A stretch of DNA of 64,000 nucleotides from Chrysomallon squamiferum (taxonomy: Eukaryota > Animalia > Mollusca). The translations under genes and the position numbers were made by a program. How positions within the stretch are numbered: position 1 is the stretch's first letter; each line of letters opens with the position of its first letter. Below, one piece after another: positions 41,374 to 55,019 of the stretch. Below the pieces are notes generated by a model. It worked only from the letters and a program-made list of their open reading frames with translations. It had not been told where the DNA came from and ran no database searches. The stretch is taken from NCBI GenBank assembly GCA_012295275.1, contig CM022672.1, forward strand, positions 19,158,001-19,222,000. The letters run 5' to 3'.

Positions 41374-42460
41374 GCTATTATAAAAAAATAAAAATTAAAT
41401 GTATGATTAAGAATACATGACTAAACGTATGTTTAATGAAATTTCAATTCCTTATAATATTAATGGGTACCACTTAAATCAAGTTTTATTTTATTTTATT
41501 TTAAAAACAAACAAAACAACAACAACAAAAATATATGTGAGGTAACCCACTATTGCCATTATACTTTTGTCAATGTTTTCTTTTGTATTCCAATTCTGTG
41601 CACCAGACAATGTGAATACAAAGCATATATTTCAGCCTATTAATGTTATAAAACCAGTTTACTTGTGCTGTTCAGAGTACCCGCAATGTATGAATTAATT
41701 TGACTGGAACTGGAAATGGTATATTATCTATTTTAAATTCAAGTAGTAAGAGATTGCGATTACTCAGTACTGTGTACTGTATATATTTTAACAAACTTAG
41801 TTTTTATTTAGGCGTAATCTTATCAGTAATAGTGAATAAGTTAATGAGCTATATTCCGGTAAGAGATTAAAAAATAAATTTATTTGTTAAATCCTAAATT
41901 AGCCAAAACTGTACAGTATATTCAATAGTATAATATTATGATAAAATTAAAAAAATCGGAAATATTTTCTCTTTTTTCCCCCAAATCTATTTAAAGTTTT
42001 GAGAAAAAATCAAATAATTTTTAAAAATATATTGTAATACTTGCTTGCTGGATTCCTTTATATTCCTTTATACTGATATATAACAAATAATCCCAAATTC
42101 TTGTGACCAACAATGAATACAATGTGATGGTTATTTCGAGAGTTCAACTGTAAACCATGAAATTTCTATTGCTGCGCTATTTTTGTAAGCATGTGAGGAG
42201 AAACAGTGTATTGGAAAAGTTGGGTTTCAAAAAACTTGTCCGACAATTACAATGTTTTCCATAATACATGTTGTTATTGTCTTATTTATGATTAAGATAT
42301 TTAAAAAGAGTACCATACATAATACAATTAAATTCGTTTATTCATTTATTTAAATATGAATTAATGTGTTTGAAATTGGTACTTAATTATTTTTACTTGG
42401 TCACTAAGTTAGTGTACCTTTCCCGGCTGGGAATGGGCTTTCGTTGTGTTTAACATAAAG

Positions 42461-42773
42461 TGTGGTATCTCGACTTACGAGTGCCCAACTTACGAGTTTT
42501 TCGAACAGATGAAGAAACCCTAACCCGTACACTTTACAAAACCATTTTATTTCGTTACATTCTCTTTTATTATGTTTGTCATTTATAAATTCAGTTTTCT
42601 TATTTAAAATACGTTACAAAAAATAAAAAATAAATGGGGTGGTTTTGTGGGTGGCTGGAAAGGATTAATGGTATTTCAATTTTTCAGTTGGGAAAGTTGA
42701 TTTGAAATACGAGTACATTGAGATACGAGCTCGATCACGAAACGAATTAAACTCCTAAGTCAAGGTACCACTC
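42461..42773. mobile_element. Tigger/pogo-family MITE (internal-deletion derivative)
   Basis: Terminal inverted repeats tgtggtatctcgacttacgag ... ctcctaagtcaaggtaccactc followed by TA. The right ~140 bp are homologous, inverted, to 57507-57650. Confidence 0.85.
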
Positions 42774-43000
42774 TATCCTTTAGAAAATTTTACTTAAATT
42801 TCAAATGTTTATTTTGGACACTTCTCTAATCGCCGGACAGGTCTCAGTTTCGGTAGAATTTCCAAAATCTGGATGAAGAGATTAAGTGGAGAGTTGAGTG
42901 TATTATAAATTGTACGTTGTGTAATTTGTTTTTCGGTCGTCGGTTACAGACTTTTTATTTTCATTATATATTAAGGTTCATTTTTATTTACATTTTTTAA

Positions 43001-43004
<4 letters not shown>

Positions 43005-43051
<47 letters not shown>

Positions 43052-43083
43052 ATTTTATTTTATTTTTTTTTTTTTTTTTTTTT
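43005..43083. repeat. (TA)n followed by poly-T
   Basis: Direct reading. Confidence 0.9.
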
Positions 43084-43379
43084 GATCTCTATAAATCTTC
43101 AAGCAAATACAATGCTTAACCAGTCCCCACATACCTATGCTCAACTGTCTCCCTTTTCTGCTTCGTCATTTTGTTGAAGATGATTAAGTCTACGTGTTCG
43201 CACGTGTGTTTGTGTGTCAAATTAAATATAAAACCGTATTGTTTGTTGCGTACACAAGTAATTAAATTTGTATTTAATGCATCAACTCGGTTTATTTTAG
43301 AACTATATATATAAAATAATTTGGGAGAAAAAAAACAATGAAAATAACAACCGTATTTGACAATATGACAGCTTTTAAA

Positions 43380-43415
<36 letters not shown>

Positions 43416-43739
43416 CCAGTAAATTTATTTTCAAAATAAAAATAATTTTAAAAACTATTTTTCAGATACTTAAAATAACATTTAATTGTATGATAATAAT
43501 AATAATAAGAAGAATAAAAAAAAAAAAAAAAAATGATTGTTTCAAATGATCCAAGTTAGTTGATTTAGTGACTACTGTTTCTAAGACCTACTTATAAGTT
43601 ATATAATACAATGTATTATTATTACTATCATTATAATCATCATCATAAGAAAATTGTTTTAGTAGCGTGCTGCATTCAGTGCCTGCAACTAATTTGCCAT
43701 GATCCATGAGATGCTGTTGCATAGGAAGCAGACACCAAT

Positions 43740-44100
43740 AGGGCCAGATTTACCAACAGGCATAGTAGGCCACCAGCCTAGGGTCCACTGCTATTCCATT
43801 CTGCTATTCAGTAGGAGTAACCACTGGAATGACAGCAGCAATTTTCCTCATACATTATACATAAAAACATAAACCTCCATATTAATCATTAGTATTAAAA
43901 CATTAAGTGTCATTATATAAATATTCATTAAATTCATTTACAGTGTAAAATCAATGGATATTATACTGATCTGTTTAAATATATTCAGGAATTAAATAGA
44001 ATAACGTAAATAAATTGTGGAAAAAAAAAAAAAAAAACCTAGGAATAAATATTGATAAAATAAAAAAGTAAAAAAATTTCTTCTTTGTTTGTAAATCTGG
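43740..44100. mobile_element. Degenerate hAT-like MITE
   Basis: Begins agggccagatttacc..aggcatagtaggcccacagcctagggt-like, a typical hAT terminus. Perfect 10-bp inverted pair ccagatttac (43744-43753) / gtaaatctgg (44091-44100). No clear TSD. Confidence 0.5.
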
Positions 44101-47100
44101 AATGAGAATAAAATACATGTACAGTCAAAGCTGTTTGTGGAGTAGAGGTTAGAGCTCATGGCTTAGTAGCTGTTCTGGTTCATTCCTCTTTAATGCTGCT
44201 ATTTAGCTACACAGTGTTAAGTATGTTCTTTCATTACTGCAACTTTCTCTAAATGATGTCAGAAGTAACAAATACTCTCATTGAGTGGTTCAGAATATAT
44301 CATAAGAAGATTTTTAATCTATGTTTATCAGTAATCTTTTCATAAACCAACAGCTGTTTTTTTTTCTTGTGCTTATTAATAATTATCAAAAAGTTAGTGC
44401 TCCAAAATCCTGTATGTAATGATGTACTAATTCAATTAATATCCTGAACCAAAATCAAAACAAATAACACACAACTGTGTAAGATACAGAGAACAGTTTA
44501 AAGAAACACAAAAGCAGAGTTAGTTTTTTTAAATTTAATTTGATATGGATGGAGCAAAATACGTGTCATGAACTTTATAAAGAATATAATGAAGGCAGTA
44601 TGTAGAACATTTCCCTGAATTTATGTCTTTTACAATCACATACACTAAAAGAAATAATCCAGTACCATCCGTGCTCTACTAAGTTAAATCAATAACATTT
44701 AATAAACAGATTTTAAATTAGACAAATTTCCCCAACAAAGTAGAAGATATTTTCTGTAATGAACCTACTTAACTTATTCTAACAGTGACATATATTAAAG
44801 AATAATAAACAATTACAAAATAATAATACAAAAAATATATGTAAAAAAATCAAAACATTACCAATTTTATAAAAAAAAATTCATTAATATTGTACCTGTG
44901 CAGACAGCCATTCCCATAAAGTTTCAGATAAATAAAAGTATATAAACCCAAGAAAATAATGATTTTTTTTCAAGCTTCTACAATGAAATAAAAGGCATAC
45001 CAAAATGTTATGTCAAAAATGTACCCACTATGGTCAACATTTAACATTATAAAGATGTAAATTAAATGGGATAAGAAACAGAAAATTTTGTTCTGCAGAA
45101 ATTTAACTTCTAAAAAAACAAAACCCACAGAAAACAAAACAAACAATGAACATGGTTTGGTCTTAAATAAATGCTACATAATATTAATTACAGAGATAGC
45201 CAGTTGAGCATGATAATCATTCCTTTTGTTGGAAATGTAGAAAAACCCAAAACGAAGCCTGATTTGAACTTAAATTTGGTCTTAAATAAATGTTATGTAA
45301 AATTAATTCCGTATATGGACAACAAAAATAAATAAATAAAAATTAAAATTAAATAAATTTTGCTATTGTAAAATTTATACTGATGCAGTAAATCATGAGT
45401 AAAAAAAAAAGAAACATTTGTAACAAAAAACAAAAATCCCATTGATATGACTTGAATGGGTCTTAAATATTATTTTGCATTCATTATACTATTATACAGT
45501 CACAAACTTGTAACAAATCATCCTTTGTTGACAATTAAAATAAAAAAATGGATTTCACTGGGAATACAATAAATATTATGTAAAATTACAGTCATTCTGA
45601 TGATAAATAAATCACATCAATACAGTCATTCAAAACATGAAACTAGAATACAGAACATAAAAAATTAATTCAGATTGAGAAATAAATAATGAAACATCAG
45701 TTCAAAATTAATGTCAAAACATTCAATATTAATCAACTGCATTCATTTATTCTGATTTCTGAATTTAAATAAATCTTCAATTAAACCCAACTACAAACAA
45801 ACAAAAAAAGACAAACTGTTATTATAAAATGTAAAAAAAAAAAAAAAAAAAAAAAAATTTATGCAGTGTGTTAAAAGATAATGACTAAGAACAGTCTTAA
45901 AATCGATTACTCATACGTATCAAATAAATTACATTTCATCTTCAGTAAGTTTATTTAATTAATTCTTTAATAACCAAAATTATTTAATTTTTTTTTTGTT
46001 TTGTTAATTTCAACGCTAGAGATTAACAGCTAGCAGAACACAGAAATACAACTATTATCACCAGAACAATTTTACTACAAGAATATACCAATTACTTGTA
46101 AATGCTGTGGTGAATATTTTGGATTTCTGACAGGTGGGACCAGCCCTAGGATTTTTAACTCCTAATATCAGCACCTAAGCTAACAGTTGTGGAAAAAATC
46201 CTTTGTCAAACTGTTTTAAGTTTGATCCTATAACCTTAATAATTAAAAATAAGATTCTTAACAGTCTGGCTCAACAGAAGAATTCTCATATTTTACTTTT
46301 CCTAATTTTATTTTATATACTTCATTTATATTTTGAAGATCTCAAAGAAATGAGGTTGCTGTATTGTTTTGAAGTATGTAAACAAAGACCAATTCCTTCC
46401 TGTTTTTTTTTGTAAAACATATGCCTATGATGAATCCCAGCAATTTGAATAACATATATATATGTATGTATGTATATATATATATATGTTATTCAAATTT
46501 TGGTTTGAAGATGTTCAGAAAATAGGGTACTATAATATTAGAAAAAGCCATATAACTGTAACCATTTGTCATTAAAAAAATAAACTAGTACTATATTTTT
46601 ATTATTATTATTTTTTTTTATGGTAACAAAAGGGGATTATTTTCATCAAGTTTCACTCTGTAATATAAAAAATAACAATTTTTATTTTTTTTGTTACACA
46701 TGTCCCCTTAAGAAATCAAATTTTCAGTGTACAAACATCTCTACATATGTACTTTTTGGAAATGGCTTATAACTTTGAGCATGTTTTTAAAACATAAACA
46801 TTATTAAAATTTATTTGCATGACATTGTAGTGTTCAAGCATAAAGAATGTTGAGTTTCAAACAATTTAAACAATTTATCATGAAAATTAAATTAACTGAT
46901 GTTTATTCTGGTAATAACAGCCAAACAAAATTGCTGTCATATCCACAGAGTGTCACTCAGTTAGATTCCTTCCTTTTTGATCTTACAGATTTGAAATAAC
47001 ACAGAATTGATGAATATTACTTGAAGTATGATGAACATTGAGAAACTGATTTAAATTTCTAAAACAAAAATCTAGCAAAAAAAAAATATTTAAAAAAAAA

Positions 47101-47323
47101 AAAAAAAAAAAATCAATTCATTTCCAAGCAGTTATTTCATTTATATTCTTCTTTTGTAAATTGTTCTTATTTTTGTTGCTTACAAAGAAATTTATTCTTT
47201 GGACCTAACCTAGAAAACTTGGAATCTAAATACAAAAAGTCGTAACAAAATAAGTAAACACTGTGATTCTATCACATGAAAACAAGAGTAAATGTAACTT
47301 TTATATTAAACATAAAGAATGCA

Positions 47324-50300
47324 TCAGTTATCATTAACTGCATCTTCATCCTGAGCTTCCATATCTTCTTCTTCTTCTCCATTCATCGTGTCTTCTTCTT
47401 CCTTCAACTTTTCTTCTTCTTTTGTCTCTGGCTCTGTTCCATTTATGGCCATTAGTCTTTTAGCAGCTTCCAGCTCCAACCTCAGTTTCTCTGCCTCTTC
47501 TTCTTCTCGTTTTCTTTCTTCCTCCTCCAATCTCTTTTCTTCATTCACTTCCTGCTCTAACTTTTCATAGTCTATATCATTTAGTTTCAGGTGATATTCC
47601 TCATATTCTCGACCACTCATTATTCGATTCTCCTCCCCATCTTTGAAGCAGAAACGAGCTTTCATGGCCCAGTTTCGAATATTGTCTTTTAAGCTCTGCG
47701 TCCTGGCTTTCTGAAAACAAGAAGATTTGGTAAATGAAGTTATCAACGAATCATAATGAAACATTATTCATTTAGCTGAATCTTCTTTTGTATTACAAAT
47801 ATCAGTACAAGTATTTAAATTTAATTATCTAACAAACAAAATTTCTATTTTATCTGAATATGAAAGAGTGACGAAATCTATATTATAAATTTATTACAAC
47901 TGTTCCTTCAGAGCACAAATCAAAAGAAAATGAATGTAATATGTCAAACAAATTAAAAAAATACAGAGGGTTATTTTTTTTTAAATCAGATTTCAAGTTA
48001 TTGTATTGTTTTATATATTATTTGTATTTACATCTCAAATCAAATGTGAAAAATGATTTTTTTTCCAAATGCTTTACAATTGTCCTTAATTAGAACTTAA
48101 GAAAATAGATATACTTTGTAATTGGCATAATGATCATGTGAATTGCAGTGATCCTGTTTGGCACTCTTCAGATTTGGATAATACTTCTGGCACAGTTTGC
48201 AAAGATAACCAGTCACTGGGACAATGTATTCACTTCCTGCAGATAACATATGTAATTAATTAAACTGTCACAGACAAAAAATTCAATTTCCATTTGATCA
48301 ATAATTCAAAACATCTAAAATTTATATTCATTAATGGGTGCACATGTATCACATCTAATAAAACTCATTGTTTGTTGTTCATAATTCATTTGTTGTTTTT
48401 TTTGTTTCTTTTCCTTCATTTATTGTCCTGTTAAGTGTGGGTTTGTTATCTCAGAACAAAAATATTTATTTAAGCAGAAACTGTAATCAGACATTAGTGT
48501 ATATAGGTTGATTATATTTTATTACTGACACCAAAGAATAATCAACAAGTGATGTTATAAGAAACATACCAATTTGTTTTCCACTCTGGTATGTTGGAAG
48601 ATCTTCCTACAAAACATGATAAAAATAAATAAATAAATAATTCACTTTAACAGTAAGAGATTAACAGCCCAAACAAAAATTAGGAAATATAGGACCACCA
48701 AACTTAGGATATATATATTCTCTATTAAGCAATCTGAAAGGGCAGTGTCATTATTCACAAACCACTTGTCCTATCTCCTAAAAGTAAATAATTTGGACTG
48801 TTTTTATTTGTCTCATACAGATTGCTTCTGCACTCTGCACAAATAAAAATAAGAGTTGTTTGGACATCAGTTGACAAAACAGAATTTACTTTCAAGAAAT
48901 ATGTGCATTCTGATTATTAAGTTTCTGACCTGCTTCCATGTATTTTTGATCTGATCTGACTAAAAGAGATAACAATTTAGCAATTACCTATTAGGATACA
49001 TAGTGCAAGTAAAATATATCAGTGGTTTAAGTAAGTCTTTAAAAAAAAAAGTCTAGACAAAATAGCTTGTAAAAATTATTTAAATTTTAACATCAGAAAA
49101 ACCCACTCACCAATTCATACTCAAGAGCTTCTTCTGGAATGGTCAGATCATGTTTTCCAGTGTGTCTAATTCTTTCCTAGAACATTTTTAAAAAAATACA
49201 TAGTAATCAAAATAACAGCACAACAAGACAAAAATATTCTGTCCAATCAACCTCATTTTTTAATTTAATTTAATTTTTTTTAAACATTGTCCTAAAATTA
49301 ATTTTGAATGAAAGAAAAATTAGAGAAAAATGTAGATATAGAATTTTGCTCACTTTAATGTGTTGTTCTGAAGCCCTGTGCTCCAACAATTCAGTGAAAT
49401 TTTTAAAGCTTTGTATATCACACCATCTACACCCTTTCTTACAACGGGCTGCCTTGAACTGTGAAGAAAGAGAAAAACAAACAATGCAGTAAATAAATCA
49501 GTTGCAGTTTTAATTATCCTAACCATTAAATAACAACTATTTACATTATTATTTTATTCTTTAGAAGAAAATCTCATCAGGATCCAGTTCGATTAGTTTG
49601 GCAAATGATCACCTCAACAGCTACTGATGTGAAGTCAGAACCTATTAGGTAATTTAGTGATGCTTCCTAATTCACTGTACCTCCTCATGCGATACAGAAA
49701 ACTCATTTTTTTTGCATTTAGTAGGAAATACACAAAATTAAGCTATTGAAATAACTACTTACACGAGAGATGAAACAGCATAATATTCTCACCTCATGTT
49801 GAGGAGATCCTTTGTGTTTACTCATGGATGAAATAGTGTCCCTATCACAGGTATCACAGTATAACCAGCTACAAAATAAGAATACAATAACACAGCTTAT
49901 AAAACCAACCATACAGATCCTTGGATCCTTTTACACCCCATTTTCTCAGCAGACTGTAACAACTGCTGGTGGATTAAGTCAATGCTTCTTAAACAAATTT
50001 AGTTTCACCGACCCTTGGGTCTTTGTAACAAAATTTCATTCAGCCTAATTTTTATCTTGTTCTCCACTGTTCAAAATTACATGTACACTTTGTCATCCGA
50101 GCAAAAATTGTAAATTAACAAATACCTTAAATGTTTATTTTATTCAAAGTGTTAAGTGCACTAAAAATGCACAAAAGAAAACAAGCAATGACAAAAAGAA
50201 ATAATTACATACTTAACAACTACTAAATTCCTAGAAACAACATTTTCTTACTGTGCATGTTTACCACAAATAAATTACGAGATGTATGCTTCTGTAGTTC

Positions 50301-51570
50301 TCAGGTATCTAGCTACACTTCAAGGCCATTAAGAAAATTATGGTTGAGACATTATATTCTAGTAAACACAGAGAAAAAATCTTTCTACTCAGATATTATT
50401 AGAAAAGTTTAAATAGTGAGAAAAGACATTTAAATTCCCATCCCCTTTACCATTAAAAGAGCTTCCTACCCACATTAATGGCAATGTCTTTTTAAGTATT
50501 GAGCAAAATATAAATATGCAAGTCATTCACCATTGCTGTATCATTCACCCCCATCCTAAATAAGTAAATTCACCCTTGGGTGAATCATTCAGCAGTTAAA
50601 GAAGCTCTGGTTTAAGTCACTGAGATTAGATTACCTTTGATTTTCACGTAGATCTGTTTGGTGTGCTATTTTTTCCAGAAGTTCTTGAACTTCAGCACTG
50701 TGCTCTTCCTGCTTCGCACTCTCTAATTCAGCCATGCGTGATTTGTGTTCTTCTTTCTCACAGTGAGCCTTCCAGTTCTAAAAGAAAAAATCAGATATTG
50801 AAAGTTTTAAAATTATTGATTTTTTCTTTCTTTATGTTACCCACAATAAAATATTTTAAGAGACTTATTCTAGTACAAATATATTAAATCAACAAGAAAA
50901 TTTAAAAGTCAGTACTATAATACTGTCATTTTTTGAATGAAGCAGCAAAATAATGAGTATTTAATTACACCAAAGACTCAGTCCAACTGAAAATGATAAA
51001 TATAACCATTATAAAAAAAAAGTGTAGAAAAAAAATAAAGACTTGCCTTCAAATTAAGAAAATCAAAACAGCAGACATGACAGTAGCTTACAGAATTCCT
51101 TGTTGGATCATACTGCAAAAAATAAATAAATAAAAATTTAAAAATAAACATATTAAAAATATAATGATTATACCAGTAATATAATGTTAATTTTTCCAGC
51201 CAAAATTCAAACTCTGACAGTAAAAATCAGCATTAACATTTGTAAATGATCAAATAAAATCTAGTTATCCCTTATCTATATTAATTAACCTTTCCCTGAT
51301 GGAGCTATATATACATAAACACAAAAATAAATAAATAATATTTTTGCCAGAGGTATATTTATTGGACAATACCCTTAAGTTATACTATGTTTGAAAAACA
51401 TCCAATAAATTTCCACACATAAATTTCACTAAATCTTTTGAAATTGTCACAAATGTTATAAAAATGAAATGCTGAAACTAAATACTTACAGGTTCTCTAG
51501 GACCGTCATTTGGTGTTGTCTCAGCTAATACAAAAAAATAGTATAGTAAAATAATAATAATAATAAAAAG

Positions 51571-51628
<58 letters not shown>

Positions 51629-54600
51629 GATAATGGAATTAAAATCATTCTGACTTTTTCTTTAAAAAATAAAATTCTTTCATATGTCAGTTTTCTTGCA
51701 AATATTGATAAACTCTCTTCTGTATGTTTCCATTTGATATACTGAAAATATATTCATTTAACACTATATACAAATACATTTAACTATTATTCATCAAATG
51801 CATGAATACACAATGTAGATTGTAATAAAAAAATTATTATTTATTTATTCATTTTAAAAATAAACTAGTAATCAACTGCATTGACAAAATATTTCAAACA
51901 TATAAATAACATTTTAAGACAATTTAGTTATTTTTACATACTATATTTACATATCACTGAAAAGAAATGTGAAATTAGTGCAAAAAGAAAATAATTATTA
52001 TAAAGTCAGTATTAAAATACATTAGATGAGTATTAATTAATGGAAAGTGTAGAAACTTGGCTGCACTGATGGGAAAGTGATTTTACTTTTTTTTTCTTTT
52101 TTTTTTAAATTATTCTGCATAATCATTTAGAAGCATAACCTGTTTCTACAGAAATAACTGCCAGTCTGTTAATAATTAGTGTTGTTCAAAACAGGAATGT
52201 TTGTGTATGCTTAAACTACAGGGCTTTCAAAGAACAATGTTCTTCTACTCTATCAAATGGACAGATTACCTTTGTTTTCTTTATTTTTTTTCTTCTGCAC
52301 TGTCTTAACACGAGAATCCTTGCGAAACTGGTTTCGAGACCTTCCTCCATCACGACCTCGATCTTTCCCTCTACCACCCCGAGGGCCATATGACTGAAAC
52401 CATCAAGGGTGTTCCATAACCATCATAATGACAGTGAGATGCCTCATATAAACTGTACAACCCAACTTAAGAAGCACTGCCTGGCCAAAGCTAAGCAGCC
52501 CATTTAAAATATCAACCAACTGTGCTTTTTACAGGTCAAATTTTCATTTCTCTAGATATGTACTTTCAACACATTTAAAGATGGTTATTATTTTTAACCC
52601 AATGAAATATTTTGTTTTAACCAAATTTGCTTTTACAATCTTACTTGCATAGTAACAGTGTGTAAAAATGTGTAATGATCAGATCACAGTTGCCAGTTCA
52701 CAGCAATGACAAATAATGAAATTCATAAGAATTTTGTGTACTTGAAAAGGACATGCAGTTTTAATGTAGCTGAATGGCCAAATACTTTTTAACAAGTATT
52801 AAAGACAATTTTTATTATCTATTTTGTAAACAGTTATTTTTAATTAAATGTGGTTATGGTCCAGTACTTGAATTCACTGACTGTTATACTAAGACTACCA
52901 TGTCTAAGTGTATAGTATTATTAGTTTTACAGCACAGGTCAACAAAATATTTCGATTTATTGCAAATGGAATTTTGCCAGGCAGTGATTCCTGACAATGT
53001 TGTGTAACACATGTTTATTTAAAGACTTATTCTAGTTGAACCATAGATAAATGCCAAGACATATTCAGTTCAGATTAATGCATTTTAACATTAACTTTCA
53101 ATGCTGATTATTGCAAAATAATAATAAAAAAAAAAAAAAAAAAAAAAAACAAAAATGAAATACAAACATAAATCAGAATGCATGTTTTCAACTTAATGTA
53201 TCTCCACATTATAATTCTTTGACCATTACAAAAGGCATCAAAAAAGTTAGTTTCTTTTTTAATACCTTGTAATCTTCACAAAAGTGTACCATTAAGATAC
53301 AACAAAAAAAGATTTAACAGGCATTATCATACTTATGGTATGTCTGGATTTGTATGTTAAAAATGTTAATGTTTTTAACAGGCACCTGTAATTCTTTTTT
53401 CATCATGAACAGACTTTTGCTTCTGTACAACATTTGCTTGTAATGTTCACTTGATCTAAATCATCAAATGTCACTAGAAAGGTAAAATCTTACCTTTATG
53501 GGTGGCTATGATTCCCAACAAATATACTCATGTCGGGCATTTCTGCTTTCTTAAAGAGAAAACTTATTCTATCCACAGATTAAGCAGAAATTTATAATTT
53601 TAAATTCTGCATATTACTGTAGCAATAACATGCCTTTTTGTCTGGAGAGAAGATATTTAAAATGTTTCTCTTTTGATCATTTACTATGTTCTTGACCAAT
53701 AATACTTAAGGGCAAGTAAAAAGAATTAATGTATAATGCAATATACATCAAAAAATGGATTTCAGCCCACTATCCACTATTCATTATTAACCAGTTTTAT
53801 ACAAATAACAAGTCAGACTAAAATGGTAGGCATCTCTTTAAAGTTCTAAGAAAATTACATATTTCACTAAACGATGTTACTCTTGTACTAATTACAAAGG
53901 ATATGAACGCAAAAATCCCAAATGTATTGTTTTTGTTTAATGCCTATCTTACAAAAGAGTAAACTTTTTCTTAAATTTCTTTAGAAAGATGCTAATTGAA
54001 TTTATGCTGAATAGTTATGTTGGCTATGTCTGAATCTTTTGACCAAGGAGGCAGTTATTTCTTGCAGGTGCCAATTAAAAAAAAGTTTAATTTTTAAAAT
54101 GTATTCAAACCTTAACAAGCAGCATGTCATCTGGATAAAAAAATAATATATATATATATATATTTTTTTAAAGCATACAAGTATTCAGAATTTTCTTACC
54201 ATTTCCATTCGTTGTCGTTTGGAATCGTAACCAAATCCTGCTGATCCTGACCTCTTTCCACCATATCCTTGTCCCATGTAGCCTACAGGTCCATCTCCCA
54301 ATAATACCCTACCCCTCCTCCTCCTGCCACCCCGGTCAAATCCAGTCACTTGCATTCCAACCTCTTCCAGCAATTGAGTTTGCTGTTTCAATAGGTTATT
54401 TGCCATTGCCAACTTGTTTCGCAACATATTCTGCTCTTCCTGGATTGCACTTAAATTCATTGGATCATTATAAACAAATTCATCTTCACCATATCCAAAA
54501 GCTTGACCTCTGTAAGAATGTGTACTAGCATAAGACTGTGCACTTGAAGGGCCAGCATCATTTCCATAACCACCTCCAAAACCAGGATTTTGCTATAAAT

Positions 54601-54841
54601 TAATTTCAAACCAAAATAAAAATTTCATCTTTCCTTTTATATAAGAAATCTTTAACACTTTTAAATTAGTTATACAATTTTTGCTTTTCTTTAAATTCTT
54701 TTTAATTTAAAACATAGAATAAAATCAGAAAACAAAAATTATATCAGCATGTTGAAAGCATTTTTAATTTCACTATCAATATAGAATTGATTTAAAATAT
54801 TTGGTTTGGGAAAAGCATTATTGTAACAGTCAATGATAAAA

Positions 54842-54888
<47 letters not shown>

Positions 54889-55019
54889 TAATAATGAAAA
54901 ATAAATAAATTTAATAATTATCTTACTTCCAAATAATTAGTATAGCCTCTTTGGTCACCATAACCTCCATGTTCAGTGTATCCTCCATGCATGTTCCATC
55001 CAGCATTTCCTCTATGCAT
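47324..55019 (-). CDS. Matrin/U1-type multi-zinc-finger protein, Pep/CIZ1-like, paralogue B (~14 coding exons, ~570 aa)
   Basis: Exons 54927-55019, 54200-54592, 52270-52393, 51490-51524, 51047-51112 (GC donor), 50635-50777, 50009-50044, 49793-49868, 49354-49458, 49111-49176, 48930-48959 (uncertain), 48570-48606, 48115-48236, 47324-47710; total 1713 nt. G/Y- and RGG-rich N-terminus, KLAMANNLLKQQ helix, four C2H2 fingers (YCHVC..H..H; YCDTC..H..H; GCRWC..H..H; GSEYIVPVTGYLCKLCQKYY..HCNSHDHY), Glu-rich tail. Confidence 0.86.
51551..51620. repeat. (AAT)n microsatellite
   Basis: Direct reading. Confidence 0.92.
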
